From Candidatus Latescibacterota bacterium (GTDB taxonomy: Bacteria; Latescibacterota; UBA2968; UBA8231): DNA of 64,000 nt. Below the pieces are notes generated by a model. It was given only the letters and a program-made list of their open reading frames with translations. It made no database searches and was not told where the DNA came from. The stretch lies in contig OZ252098.1 in NCBI GenBank assembly GCA_965248355.1, forward strand, positions 672,001 through 736,000, read 5' to 3'. The position numbers and the translations under genes were made by a program. Below are positions 1-9,669 of the stretch, one piece after another (within the stretch, counting starts at the first letter, position 1; each line of letters starts with the position of its first letter).

Positions 1-35
1 TGACGACCCCCCATGCCGTCGACGCGCCGCCGCAG

Positions 36-1352
36 GTGGCGAAGTCCCTGGAGATCTACGAACGCGCCCGCCGGCTCATCCCCGGCGCCACCCAGTTGAT
101 CAGCCGCCGGCCCACCCGGGCCGCCCTCGGCATCAGCCCGATCTACGCCGAGCGCGCCAAGGGCTGCCGCATCTGGGACGTGGACGGCAACGAGTACGTC
201 GACTGGTTCAGCGCCGTGGGGCCCATCGTCCTGGGCTACGCCAACGAGGTGGTCGACGCCGCCGTGAAGGAGCAGATCGAGCGCGGCTCCATCTACTCCA
301 TCGTCCACGAGTCGGCCGTGGAGCTGGCCGAGCTGCTGGTGCGGCTCGTGCCGTCGGCGGAGATGGTGCGCTACGCCAAGGGCGGCGGCGAGGCCTGCAC
401 CGTGGCGGTGCGCATCGCCCGCGGCGTCACCGGCCGCGACAAGGTGCTGTTCAGCGGCTACCACGGATGGCACGACTGGTACCTGGCGGCCAACCTCGGC
501 TCCGAGCGCCTCGACGGACACCTCTTCAACGGCATCGAGCCGATCGGGGTGCCCCGGGCCCTGGAGGGCTCCTCCGTGCCCTTCGCCTACGGGGACCTCG
601 ATCAGCTCGAGGATCTGCTGAAGGCCCACGGCGACGAGGTGGCCTGCATCATCATGGAGCCCATGCGCACCGAGCTGCCCCCGGCCGGCTACCTCGAAGG
701 GGTCCGCCGGCTGGCCGACCGCCACGGCGTGGTGCTCATCTTCGACGAGGTCTCCTGCGGCTGGCGCGTGGCGCTGGGCGGCGTGCAGGAGGTGGTGGGC
801 GTGACCCCGGACATGACCGTCTTCGCCAAGGCGATCTCCAACGGCTATCCCATGGCCGCCGTCGTCGGCCGGCGGGAGGTGATGGAGCCGGTGTCGCGCA
901 TGTTCATCTCCAGCGCCTACTGGGACGACAACGTGGGCATCGCCGCCGCCCTGGCCACGGTGCGGGAGCTGGAGCGGGTGGACGCGCCGGCCATCTTCGA
1001 GCGCCTCGGCAGCGACTTCCGCCGGCGCATCGACGCGGCCGCGGCCGAGACCGGGGCGCCGGCGCGGTGCGTGGGCGTGGCCGCCCACCCGGGGATCCGC
1101 TTCGACGTGCCCGCCGAGCTGATGCCCAAGGTGGCCACCCTCTTCGTGCAGGAGAACGCCCGCCGCGGCGTGATCCTGTCCCAGGGGTTCTTCTTCAACA
1201 CCGCCCACGACGACGAGGAGGCCCTCGACCGCACCGAGAGGGCGGTCCGGGAGAGCTTCGCCGTCATCGCCGACGGACTGCGCCGGGAGCGGCTGGACGA
1301 ACTGATCGAGTGCGAGCTGGTGGAGGAGTCCTTCCGCCGGCTCGTGCGCTGA
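36..1352 (+). CDS. Class III PLP-dependent aminotransferase (glutamate-1-semialdehyde aminomutase-like)
   Basis: Motifs WDVDGNEYVD, GYHGWHDW, LIFDEV and PDMTVFAKAISNG (PLP lysine). The frame stays open back to the window edge, so the true start may lie just before base 1. Confidence 0.88.
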   Translation: MAKSLEIYERARRLIPGATQLISRRPTRAALGISPIYAERAKGCRIWDVDGNEYVDWFSAVGPIVLGYANEVVDAAVKEQIERGSIYSIVHESAVELAELLVRLVPSAEMVRYAKGGGEACTVAVRIARGVTGRDKVLFSGYHGWHDWYLAANLGSERLDGHLFNGIEPIGVPRALEGSSVPFAYGDLDQLEDLLKAHGDEVACIIMEPMRTELPPAGYLEGVRRLADRHGVVLIFDEVSCGWRVALGGVQEVVGVTPDMTVFAKAISNGYPMAAVVGRREVMEPVSRMFISSAYWDDNVGIAAALATVRELERVDAPAIFERLGSDFRRRIDAAAAETGAPARCVGVAAHPGIRFDVPAELMPKVATLFVQENARRGVILSQGFFFNTAHDDEEALDRTERAVRESFAVIADGLRRERLDELIECELVEESFRRLVR

Positions 1353-1365
1353 CCGGAGAGAAAAG

Positions 1366-3285
1366 ATGCCTGCGACGACGACAATGAGAACCTGGAATGG
1401 CCCCGAAGCCCTCGACCGGTGCACGCGCCGCAACGTGGTGCGCGGCGTCTCCGGCGGCGGCCTGCAATTGCGCCGCGGCGTCATGGTGGCCGACGAGGCG
1501 GCTCGCTGCAGCAAGCGCGACGAAGAGCGCATCGCCGGGGGCCGGCAGATCCGCAAGCGCCTGGTTCTCGGGCCGGTGGCCGCCGATGGCGCCCGGCTGA
1601 TCGGCTACCTCTCCTGCGACCAGGCCGGGGGCGAGCTGGAGGCCCTGGTCAATGGCCATTCCACCCGCTTCGTCTGGGAGCAGAAGCGCGAGTACTGGGT
1701 CGACCGCTGGCGCGCCGTGGAGATCGATCCGGCGTGGCTGCGGGAGGGCGAGAACGAGATCGTGCTGCGCGCCGTGGGCGACGCCGGCTGGACGGTGCTG
1801 GTCGAGGAGAGCGTGCAGCCCGACCGCAGCGAGGTCAGCGACGACGGCGGGCGCACCTGGCGCTCCGACGAGCTGGGGGTGAACGACCGCGTCGACGGCG
1901 AGTACGTGGTGCGCCTGTGGCTCGATCAGCACATGAGCGCGGGCGAGGTCTGCTCCGAGGCCGTCGACCTGCTCAGCCCCGAGGAGGGCGGTATCGCCGC
2001 GGCCGGCGCCGCCCTCGGCGTGCGCGTCGAGCTGCAGGGGCAGGAGCCGGACGGCACCAGCCGCCGCCTCGAGTGGCGGGCCGGCCCGACGCCGGCGTAC
2101 GAGCCCGAGGGCTGGAGCGCCTGGGCGCCGCTCGAAGGGGAGGTCCAGGTGCCGGAGGGCGCCCGGTTCTTCCAGTGGCGGGCGCTGCTGTCGACCGGCG
2201 ATCCGGCGGTGACGCCGACCCTGGCCGGCGCCCGCCTCTCGGCCCGCGTGGAGGCGCGGGACCCGGCCGCCGCCAGGCTGGTGGAGGCGGACAACCGGCC
2301 CCTGGCGTACAGCTCCTACCGGTTCTCGTACCTGGCCGCCGGCGAGCCCCGGGCGAAGGTCCTGCGCGAGCGCTGGAAGCTCGACCAGGTGGTGGGCCCG
2401 GCCAAGACCGAGTTCGAGGCCCTGACGCGCCTGCGCCAGTGGGTGCGCGAGCAGTGGGAGGACGGCTGGAACATGGGGGGCCTGGACTACTGCCCGCCCT
2501 GGGACGCCCTGGTCGTCCTCGAGCTGGCCGGCCAGCAGCTGGCCCTGGGCATGTGCACCCACTACGCCTCCGTCTTCACCCAGTGCTGCGCCGCCCTCGG
2601 GTTCACGGCCCGCACCCAGATCATGCGCTCCCACTGCATCACCGAGGTCTGGTCGAACGACTACGGCAAGTGGGTGACCATGGACCCGGGCGGCGACAGC
2701 AACGACGCCACCAAGTTCACCTACCACTTCGAGCGCCACGGAGTACCGCTGAGCGCCCTCGAGGCGCACACGGCCTGGGTCGACGACGACCTCGGCGACA
2801 TCTGCGTGAGCCCGCCGCCCCCGGAGGCCGCCGGCGAGCGCTTCCGCGTGGAGAACCGGATCCACCTGTGGTCGCGGTTCATGATCAACCGGCGCAACGA
2901 CGAGCCGGCCACCCTGAGCCCGGGCGAGCCCGAGCACGGCGCCGGCTCCTACCACTACGACGGCTACCTGTTCTGGGAGGACGAGAAGACCCCGGCCCTG
3001 CCGTGGTTCAGCCGCCACACCGACCGCGAGGCCGACCTCTACTGGGACGTGGACCGCACCCGCATCCATCTGCAGGCCGGCGGCGGGCAGGACCTGCGCG
3101 TCGACCTGGAGGCCGTCTGTCCCAACTTCGAGCGCTTCGAGGTGCGCGTCGACGGCGGCGGCTGGGACCCCCGTCCCGCCTCGTTCGCCTGGGCCCTGCA
3201 CGCGGGGGAGAACCACCTGGAGGCGCGCGCCGTCAACGCCATGGGCCGGGCCGGGGCGGTCAGTTCGGTCTCGGCCGCCGTCTAG
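1366..3285 (+). CDS. Transglutaminase-like (Cys-His-Asp) domain protein with a beta-rich N-terminal region
   Basis: GMCTHYASVF...SHCITEVWSNDYGKWVTMDP matches the transglutaminase-like triad spacing. Strong GC3 codon bias in this frame. Confidence 0.72.
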   Translation: MPATTTMRTWNGPEALDRCTRRNVVRGVSGGGLQLRRGVMVADEAARCSKRDEERIAGGRQIRKRLVLGPVAADGARLIGYLSCDQAGGELEALVNGHSTRFVWEQKREYWVDRWRAVEIDPAWLREGENEIVLRAVGDAGWTVLVEESVQPDRSEVSDDGGRTWRSDELGVNDRVDGEYVVRLWLDQHMSAGEVCSEAVDLLSPEEGGIAAAGAALGVRVELQGQEPDGTSRRLEWRAGPTPAYEPEGWSAWAPLEGEVQVPEGARFFQWRALLSTGDPAVTPTLAGARLSARVEARDPAAARLVEADNRPLAYSSYRFSYLAAGEPRAKVLRERWKLDQVVGPAKTEFEALTRLRQWVREQWEDGWNMGGLDYCPPWDALVVLELAGQQLALGMCTHYASVFTQCCAALGFTARTQIMRSHCITEVWSNDYGKWVTMDPGGDSNDATKFTYHFERHGVPLSALEAHTAWVDDDLGDICVSPPPPEAAGERFRVENRIHLWSRFMINRRNDEPATLSPGEPEHGAGSYHYDGYLFWEDEKTPALPWFSRHTDREADLYWDVDRTRIHLQAGGGQDLRVDLEAVCPNFERFEVRVDGGGWDPRPASFAWALHAGENHLEARAVNAMGRAGAVSSVSAAV

Positions 3286-3323
3286 AGGGCTGCCACAAGG
3301 ATGGGGGAGGCCGTATCCGCAGC

Positions 3324-4517
3324 GTGACTGACTCTCCCATCCACGTGGACTCCGCCTTCGAGGGCGGCAGCGCCGGCGGGATCCTGCCCACGGGCGAGGA
3401 CGCCTTCGAGGCCTTCCCCCTGCCCGAGCCCGTGCCCCGATGGTTCTTCGACGCCCTGGAGGAGCACTTCGGCGGCGCCGGCGTGCCCCGCGAGTACGCC
3501 TGTCACGTGCGCCTGGTCTCCCGGGCCCCGCAGGAGCGCACCGTCAGGCTGCGGTTCCGGTTCACCGAGACCAGCGGCGCCGCGTACATGGCGCCGCCGT
3601 ACTGGCTCTTCCAGCGTTGCCGCTGGCGGCCGGTCCCGGCCCGCGACACCGAGTACGCCGAGGGCTCCCACGTGGACTTGGCGATCCGCCTGGCGCCGGG
3701 CGAGGAAGTGCGGCTGGCCAACAAGCCCTACGCCGGCCTCCGCGACGTTCGCGACGACATGGAGACGCTGGCCGCCTCCGGTCTCTTCGAGATCCGCGAG
3801 ATCGGCCGCACGGCCCAGGGGCGGTCGATCCAGGCGCTGGAGTCGAGGGGCTCCGCCTCCGACGCCATCCTGATCGGCGCCACCCTGCAGCCGGCCGAGC
3901 CGGCGGCCCGTCCGGTGCTGGCCATCGCCCACTGGCTCACCGACGGCAGTGGCCTCACGCGGCGGCTGCTGGAGCGCTTCCGCTTCGCCTTCGTGCCCCT
4001 GCCCAACCCGGACGGCACCGCCGACGGGCGCTCGTGCACCAACGGCGTGGGAGAGGTGCCCATTTTCAGCTTCGGCCGCCTGCTGGCGGGGGAGCCGGCC
4101 CCGGCCGAGACCCGGGCCTTGTGGGAGTACACCGAGCACCTGCGGCCGCTCTCCTACCTGGAGCTGCACACCCACTACCAGGACGTGCGCGCCCACAAGC
4201 TGAACCCCATGGCCGCGGAGTGGTTCGCCGACCCGGGCCGCTGGGAGCTGGCTGTCCGGGTAGACCGGGCGCTGCTGTCGCTGAACGCGGACTGGCGGGT
4301 GACCGCCATCGAGCGCGCCACGCCCTTGAGCGGGGCCGGCGGTTTCACCAATCTCGCCGAGCGCTTCGGCACCCTGGCCTACTGCTACCAGATCTACTGC
4401 GTCACCGAGGAGGCGACCTGCGCCCACGCCGTGAGCGTGGCCCGCACCCTGGCCGCGGCCCTGGCCGGCCCCGAGTGGGAGGCCGGCGCGCCGCCGCCGA
4501 ACATCGAGAAGGGATAG
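3324..4517 (+). CDS. M14 zinc-carboxypeptidase-like protein with an atypical metal site
   Basis: GTG start at 3324 in the frame of ORF 1419..4517. IHVDSAFEGG N-domain, IGRTAQGRSI, PLPNPDG and LELH. The expected HxxE reads QPAE. Confidence 0.68.
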   Translation: MTDSPIHVDSAFEGGSAGGILPTGEDAFEAFPLPEPVPRWFFDALEEHFGGAGVPREYACHVRLVSRAPQERTVRLRFRFTETSGAAYMAPPYWLFQRCRWRPVPARDTEYAEGSHVDLAIRLAPGEEVRLANKPYAGLRDVRDDMETLAASGLFEIREIGRTAQGRSIQALESRGSASDAILIGATLQPAEPAARPVLAIAHWLTDGSGLTRRLLERFRFAFVPLPNPDGTADGRSCTNGVGEVPIFSFGRLLAGEPAPAETRALWEYTEHLRPLSYLELHTHYQDVRAHKLNPMAAEWFADPGRWELAVRVDRALLSLNADWRVTAIERATPLSGAGGFTNLAERFGTLAYCYQIYCVTEEATCAHAVSVARTLAAALAGPEWEAGAPPPNIEKG

Positions 4518-4578
4518 GCTGGACGCGGTACGAGGGCCTGGGCGTGCCGCTCGGGGGGCGGCCGGCGCCGCAGGTCGG

Positions 4579-6537
4579 ATGAGCCCCGGGGACGGCGACC
4601 GGTCCACCCAGGGCGTCACCTCCCGGTCGGTGCTGACCGGGGCCTTGCTGGTGGCGGCCATCAGCGTCCTCAGCCCCTGGGCGATCCTGGTCGTCAAGGG
4701 CTCGCAGCTGACCAGCAACGCCATCCCCATCGTCGCCGTCTTCCTGCTCTTCGCGGTCACCGCCGCAGCCCAGCCGATCCTGCGCCTGCTCTCGGTGCGG
4801 CTGGCCTTCGGGCGGGCGGAGCTGATCGTCGTCTACGTGATGATGCTGGCCGGCTCGGTGGTCGTGACCACGGGCTTCACCGGCTCCTTCCTCTCCGTCG
4901 TCACCGGCGCCTTCTACTACGCCACGCCCGAGAACGACTGGGCCTCCCTCTTCCTGCCGTACCACAGCCGCTGGCTGTCGCCTGCCGACACCGAGGCGAT
5001 CCGCCTGTTCTACGAGGGACTGCCGCAAGGCATGGCCATCCCCTGGGAGGCCTGGGCCACACCCCTGGTCACCTGGATCTCCTTCATCCTCGTGTTCTAC
5101 GGCGTCCTGTTCTGCCTGGGCGTGCTGCTGCGCGGCCAGTGGGTGGAGAACGAGCGCCTCGTCTTCCCCCTGACCCGGCTGCCCCTGGAGATGGTCGAGG
5201 CCGGGGACGCAGCCCGGGGGTCGGTCGCGCGCCGCCTGTTCACGAGCCGCATCATGTGGCTGGGCTTCGCCATCCCCCTGCTCCTGCACAGCTGGAACTC
5301 CCTCGGCAACTACGCCGACGGCTTCCAGAGAGTCCCCGTCGCCGGCGCCCTGGCCCTCATGCCGGGCCTGCCGGCCATCCCCTTCCGCCTCAACCTGCCG
5401 GTCATGGGGCTGGCCTACCTGATGCCGCTGAACGTCGCTTTCAGCGTCTGGTTCTTCTTTCTCGTCGGGCAGCTGCAGCGCATCGTCATGGCCCGCGTCG
5501 GCCTGCAGCACGGGACCGGCGACATCTGGACCTCCGGCGGCGGCGGGGCGGTCCTGGGCTACCAGATGGCGGGGGCGATGATGGTCTTCGTCGTCTTCCT
5601 GCTGTACACCGCCGCGCCCCACATCCGCCGCCTGTGGCGCCACGCGGTGAGCGGCGAGGGCGACGTCAGCCGCGAGGTGCTGCCGCCGCGCCGGGCCTTC
5701 GCCGGCCTCGGTCTCGGCGCCCTGTTCATGACCGGGTGGCTGACGGTAACCGGCCTTTCGCTGTACGTCTCGGTGATCCTCGTGATCGGCGCCCTGGGCG
5801 TCTTCATCGGCCTGTCGCGGGTCGTGGCCGAGGCCGGCCTGCCCGGGGCGCAGACGCCGATGGTGCCGCAGGCCTTCATCACCCGCGGCTTCGGTCCGGA
5901 GGTCCTCGGCCTGAAGAACATGACCGGCCTCGGGCTGAGCACGGTGTGGATCGGCGAGACGGCGGCGAACATGATGAACGCCGTCGTCCACTCGCTGAAG
6001 CTGACCACCGAGGAGGAGGGCGGCCGCCGCTACCGCGGGGTGCCCCTGGCGCTGGCGGTGGCCGTGATCGTCGGGCTGGCGGGCTCGATCTGGTTCACCA
6101 TGCACATGGCCTACAGCTTCGGCGGCATCAACCTGCACCGCTGGTACTACTCGGGGGCGCCGCGCTGGCCCTTCCGCTACATGGCCTCCGTGTACAACGC
6201 CCCCGAGCCGTTCCTGCCCCGCCTCGGGTACACCAGCCTCGGCGGCGGGGTGATGGCGATGCTCCTGTTCCTGCGCCACCGCTTCATCTGGTGGCCCCTG
6301 CACCCGATCGGCTTCCCCATCGCCAACACCTACACCATCATGTGGTACGGCTGGTTCGCCATCTTCCTGGCCTGGCTGGTGAAGAGCACGGTGCTGCGCT
6401 ACGGCGGCCCCGGCACCTACCGCGCCCTGATGCCGTTCTTCCTGGGCCTGATCCTCGGGGAGTTCACCACGGCCTGCGTCTGGGTCTTCCTCGACGGCCT
6501 CTACGGCTTCGAGGGCAACATGATCTTCAACTTCTGA
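4579..6537 (+). CDS. Polytopic membrane protein, DUF6785/DUF6784-like (putative transporter)
   Basis: Many hydrophobic segments. Motifs QWVENERLVFPL, WWPLHPIGF and LRYGG...PFFLGLILGE. Confidence 0.75.
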   Translation: MSPGDGDRSTQGVTSRSVLTGALLVAAISVLSPWAILVVKGSQLTSNAIPIVAVFLLFAVTAAAQPILRLLSVRLAFGRAELIVVYVMMLAGSVVVTTGFTGSFLSVVTGAFYYATPENDWASLFLPYHSRWLSPADTEAIRLFYEGLPQGMAIPWEAWATPLVTWISFILVFYGVLFCLGVLLRGQWVENERLVFPLTRLPLEMVEAGDAARGSVARRLFTSRIMWLGFAIPLLLHSWNSLGNYADGFQRVPVAGALALMPGLPAIPFRLNLPVMGLAYLMPLNVAFSVWFFFLVGQLQRIVMARVGLQHGTGDIWTSGGGGAVLGYQMAGAMMVFVVFLLYTAAPHIRRLWRHAVSGEGDVSREVLPPRRAFAGLGLGALFMTGWLTVTGLSLYVSVILVIGALGVFIGLSRVVAEAGLPGAQTPMVPQAFITRGFGPEVLGLKNMTGLGLSTVWIGETAANMMNAVVHSLKLTTEEEGGRRYRGVPLALAVAVIVGLAGSIWFTMHMAYSFGGINLHRWYYSGAPRWPFRYMASVYNAPEPFLPRLGYTSLGGGVMAMLLFLRHRFIWWPLHPIGFPIANTYTIMWYGWFAIFLAWLVKSTVLRYGGPGTYRALMPFFLGLILGEFTTACVWVFLDGLYGFEGNMIFNF

Positions 6538-6638
6538 TCCACGCGAACGGCTCCGGCAGCGGGGTCGCGGCGGCGCCGCTTGAGGGAGGCCGGGGGTTTC
6601 ACCGATCTTTCCGACCCACCAGAAAGGGAGAAGAGACC

Positions 6639-7715
6639 GTGAAGATCGACCGAATCGAGCTCATCCAGATCGAGACGCCCCGCTACCACGGGATGATCTC
6701 CGGGCACGTGATCCTCAAGCTCCACGTGGACGACGGCCCCGTCGGCCTCGGCGAGGCGTCGGACAGCAAGTGCGACGACGTGCCGGCCCTGGCGCAGCAG
6801 CTCAACGAGCAGCTCAAGGGCCGGGACGCGCGCCGCATCAACGAGATCAACGACTTCATGCTGGGCCGCCAGTGGGGCTCCACTGTCAGCGACCGGCACG
6901 TGGCCTCCGCCGTCGACCTGGCCCTCTACGACCTCAACGGCAAGGTGCAGGGCGTGCCCGCGTACCAGATGCTCGGCGGCAAGGTGCGCGACCGCCTCTA
7001 CTGCTGCTACCCGATCTGGGGCCGCCAGGTAAGGGAGGACTTCGAGCTGGCCGGCTCCTACCTGCAGCGCCTCGTCGACCTCGGCCACCACCTCTTCCGT
7101 TTCTACGTCTCCGGCGACGCCGAGCTCGACGACCGCTTCCTCACCGAGATGAAGTCGCGGCACGGCGACGACATCCGCCTCAAGTCCCTCGACTTCTCCG
7201 GCCGGTTCTCCGACTGGCAGGAGGTCCTGCGCTACGGCGACCGGCTGCGCCGCCACGACCCCTTCCACTTCGAGCAGCCGAGCTGGGACATGCGCGCCAG
7301 CGCCGAGTTCACCAAGCGCGTCGACCTGCCCGTGACCTGGCACATCGGCTCCCTGCGCCAGGCCTGGGAGGCGGCCGACAGCGGTGCCTGCACCGCCTTC
7401 AACCTGGCCTGCGTCTACGGCGGGCCGACCCACATCAAGCGCATCCTGGCGGTGGCCGAGGCGATGGGCCTGAAGTGCCTCATCGGCACCGACCAGGAGT
7501 CGACCCTCGGCGTCAGCGCCCAGGTCGCCGTGGGCGTCAGCTCGCCCCAGGTGCAGTTGCCCTGCGACCCCATGGGTCCCGTCCTCTACATGGCCTCTCC
7601 GGCCAAGGAGCGGGTGAAGGCCGAAGGCAGCTACCTGACGCCCTTCGAGGGGCCGGGCCTCGGCGTCGAGCTGGACGAGGCGAAGCTGGACGAGCTGACC
7701 GTGGGGAGGGCCTGA
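6639..7715 (+). CDS. Enolase-superfamily (MR/MLE) acid-sugar dehydratase, galactarate dehydratase II-like
   Basis: GTG after an AAAGGGAG RBS. Motifs SAVDLALYDL, CYPI, FRFYV (RxY), KSLDFS, EQP, His as third ligand, GTDQE and GPGLGVELD. Confidence 0.85.
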   Translation: MKIDRIELIQIETPRYHGMISGHVILKLHVDDGPVGLGEASDSKCDDVPALAQQLNEQLKGRDARRINEINDFMLGRQWGSTVSDRHVASAVDLALYDLNGKVQGVPAYQMLGGKVRDRLYCCYPIWGRQVREDFELAGSYLQRLVDLGHHLFRFYVSGDAELDDRFLTEMKSRHGDDIRLKSLDFSGRFSDWQEVLRYGDRLRRHDPFHFEQPSWDMRASAEFTKRVDLPVTWHIGSLRQAWEAADSGACTAFNLACVYGGPTHIKRILAVAEAMGLKCLIGTDQESTLGVSAQVAVGVSSPQVQLPCDPMGPVLYMASPAKERVKAEGSYLTPFEGPGLGVELDEAKLDELTVGRA

Positions 7716-7717
7716 GA

Positions 7718-8473
7718 ATGGCGGCCATCGGCATCACCGACGCGCAGTTGGCTCACTTCGAGAGCAAGGGCTTCTTCTTCGTCCCCAATCCCCTCGGCGC
7801 CGAAGGGATGCGCGAGGTCGACGCGCGGCAGCAGGAGGTGGAGCCGGTGTGGGAGCAGACCGAGTTCCCGGGCTGCAACCGGCTGGCCTGCCAGTTCCTG
7901 ATGATCGGCGAGCCGCTGCTGAGAATGGTGGAGAGTCCGATCCTGGTGGAGGCGGCGCGGCGCATCCTGGGCGCCGAGGACGTGCACGTGGGCGCCTGCG
8001 GCATCGGCGACGCCTCCAAGGGGCGGCCGATCCGGCAGGTCCACTGGCACGCGGACGGCGGCCCCGACGTGAAGCAGGTCTCCTTCCGCACCGCCCTCGA
8101 CCGCCACGACGCCAGCAACGCGCCCCTGCGGGTGCTGCCCGGCAGCCAGGACCGCCCCCGCGAGGAGGTGGCCGCCGAGCTGCTGCAGCTCGAGCTGGCC
8201 ACCGGAAAACACGAGGAGCCCCCCGACCACTGCTACGCCCTCCATCCCCGGGAGGTGGAGGTCGTCCTCGACCCGCGGTGGACCCTCGTGTGGACGCCCT
8301 CCTGCTGGCACGCCACCGGCCTCAAGACCGGCGCCGGTCCGCGGCGCGCCATGGGCTGGAACTACTTCCCGCCCGGAGGCCGCAAGCGCGACGTGGCGGC
8401 GGTGAAGCACCTGCACCCCGGATGGCCGGACTGGCCCGAGGAGCGCCGGCGCCTCTGGGGCCTGGATTCGTGA
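7718..8473 (+). CDS. Phytanoyl-CoA dioxygenase (PhyH) family Fe(II)/2-oxoglutarate oxygenase
   Basis: ITDAQLAHFESKGFF start, WHAD (HxD), PLRVLPGS, distal His in CWHAT, and PRR. Confidence 0.82.
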   Translation: MAAIGITDAQLAHFESKGFFFVPNPLGAEGMREVDARQQEVEPVWEQTEFPGCNRLACQFLMIGEPLLRMVESPILVEAARRILGAEDVHVGACGIGDASKGRPIRQVHWHADGGPDVKQVSFRTALDRHDASNAPLRVLPGSQDRPREEVAAELLQLELATGKHEEPPDHCYALHPREVEVVLDPRWTLVWTPSCWHATGLKTGAGPRRAMGWNYFPPGGRKRDVAAVKHLHPGWPDWPEERRRLWGLDS

Positions 8474-9669
8474 GCGGCTCCGCCGCGCCGGCCGCCGCCG
8501 CGGTCGACGTGGCCGCGGTGCGGGCCCAGTTCCCGGCCCTGAGCAACTACGTCTGGTTCCAGAACGGCGGCGTCTCCATCACCCCGGAGCCCATCGCCCG
8601 CGAGCACATGCGGCTCATGGAAGAGCTGCTGGCCCGCGGCCCCCTGCACATCATCTACCCCGACGAGGAGTACCCCCGCCGCCGCCGCACCATGGAGCGC
8701 CTGGCCCGGTACTTCGACGTCGACGCCGACGAGCTGGCCGTCATGCGGGGCGTGAGCGAGGCCTTCCACACGGTGCTGCGCGGCCTCCCGTGGGAGGCGG
8801 GCGACCGGATCGTCATCTCCGACAACGAGGAGGCGGCCCTGCTGCTGCCCAGCCTGCACCTGCGGGACCGCCTCGGCGTGGAGGTGGTCAAGCTGCCCCT
8901 GGCCGAGGACCGGGAGGAGCTGATGGCCGCCGCCGCCAAGGCCCTCACGCCGAACACGCGGCTGCTGGCCCTGAGCCACGTGACCACCGACATGGGCTTC
9001 CGCTTTCCCGCCGAGCCCCTGTGCGCCCTCGCGCGCGAGCGCGGCATCCCCTCCTTCCTCGACCTGGCCCACTCCTGCGGCGCCGTGCCCTACGGGCTGC
9101 GCGACCTGGGCTGCGACTTCGCCGGCCTGCTCTCCTACAAGTGGATGTTCTCGCCCTACGCCGCCGGCGCCCTGTGGGTCCGCCGCGAGCGCCTCCACGA
9201 CATCGAGGTCACCTACGCCGGCTGCCGGGCCGAGAAGTGGCTCGACTTCGAGACCGACACCTTCGAGCTGCCCGACACGGCGCAGCGCTTCCAGTACGGC
9301 CCCTGGTCGTGGCCGCTCGTGCACGCCTGGGCGGCGGCGGCGGACTGGCTTCAGGAGATCGGTCCGGAAGCGGTCTGGTCCCGCATAAGCGAGTTGACGG
9401 ACCGGCTGAAGGCGGGACTGGCCCGGATCGACGGCGCCGAGCTGTACACGCCCCGGAGCGCGGACGACTCGGCGGCCCTGGTCAGCTTCGGCCTGCGCGG
9501 CTGGACGGGGGCGGACCTGACGGCGGCCCTGCAGGAGCGCTGGAACATCGTCATCAAGCCGCTGCCCCACACCGTGGAGGGCCTGCGCGCCAGCATCTGC
9601 TTCTTCCAGCTCGAGGAGGAGATCGACCTGCTCCTGGCGGCGTTAGGGGAGCTGGCGGGGGAGAGGTGA
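8470..9669 (+). CDS. Class V PLP-dependent enzyme (aminotransferase / C-S lyase-like)
   Basis: VRAQFPAL, FQNGG, LSHVT, LDLAHS, SYKW (PLP lysine) and LRAS. The GTG start overlaps the upstream TGA. Confidence 0.85.
   Translation: MSGSAAPAAAAVDVAAVRAQFPALSNYVWFQNGGVSITPEPIAREHMRLMEELLARGPLHIIYPDEEYPRRRRTMERLARYFDVDADELAVMRGVSEAFHTVLRGLPWEAGDRIVISDNEEAALLLPSLHLRDRLGVEVVKLPLAEDREELMAAAAKALTPNTRLLALSHVTTDMGFRFPAEPLCALARERGIPSFLDLAHSCGAVPYGLRDLGCDFAGLLSYKWMFSPYAAGALWVRRERLHDIEVTYAGCRAEKWLDFETDTFELPDTAQRFQYGPWSWPLVHAWAAAADWLQEIGPEAVWSRISELTDRLKAGLARIDGAELYTPRSADDSAALVSFGLRGWTGADLTAALQERWNIVIKPLPHTVEGLRASICFFQLEEEIDLLLAALGELAGER

Noticed and set aside
36..1352. Naming the gene hemL
   Set aside because: The fold matches, but the context is catabolic and I cannot confirm hemL-specific residues.
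1419..3323. N-terminal two-thirds of the 1032 aa ORF 1419..4517
   Set aside because: Arg/Pro/Gly-rich off-frame shadow of the 1366..3285 gene. Only 3324..4517 looks like real protein.
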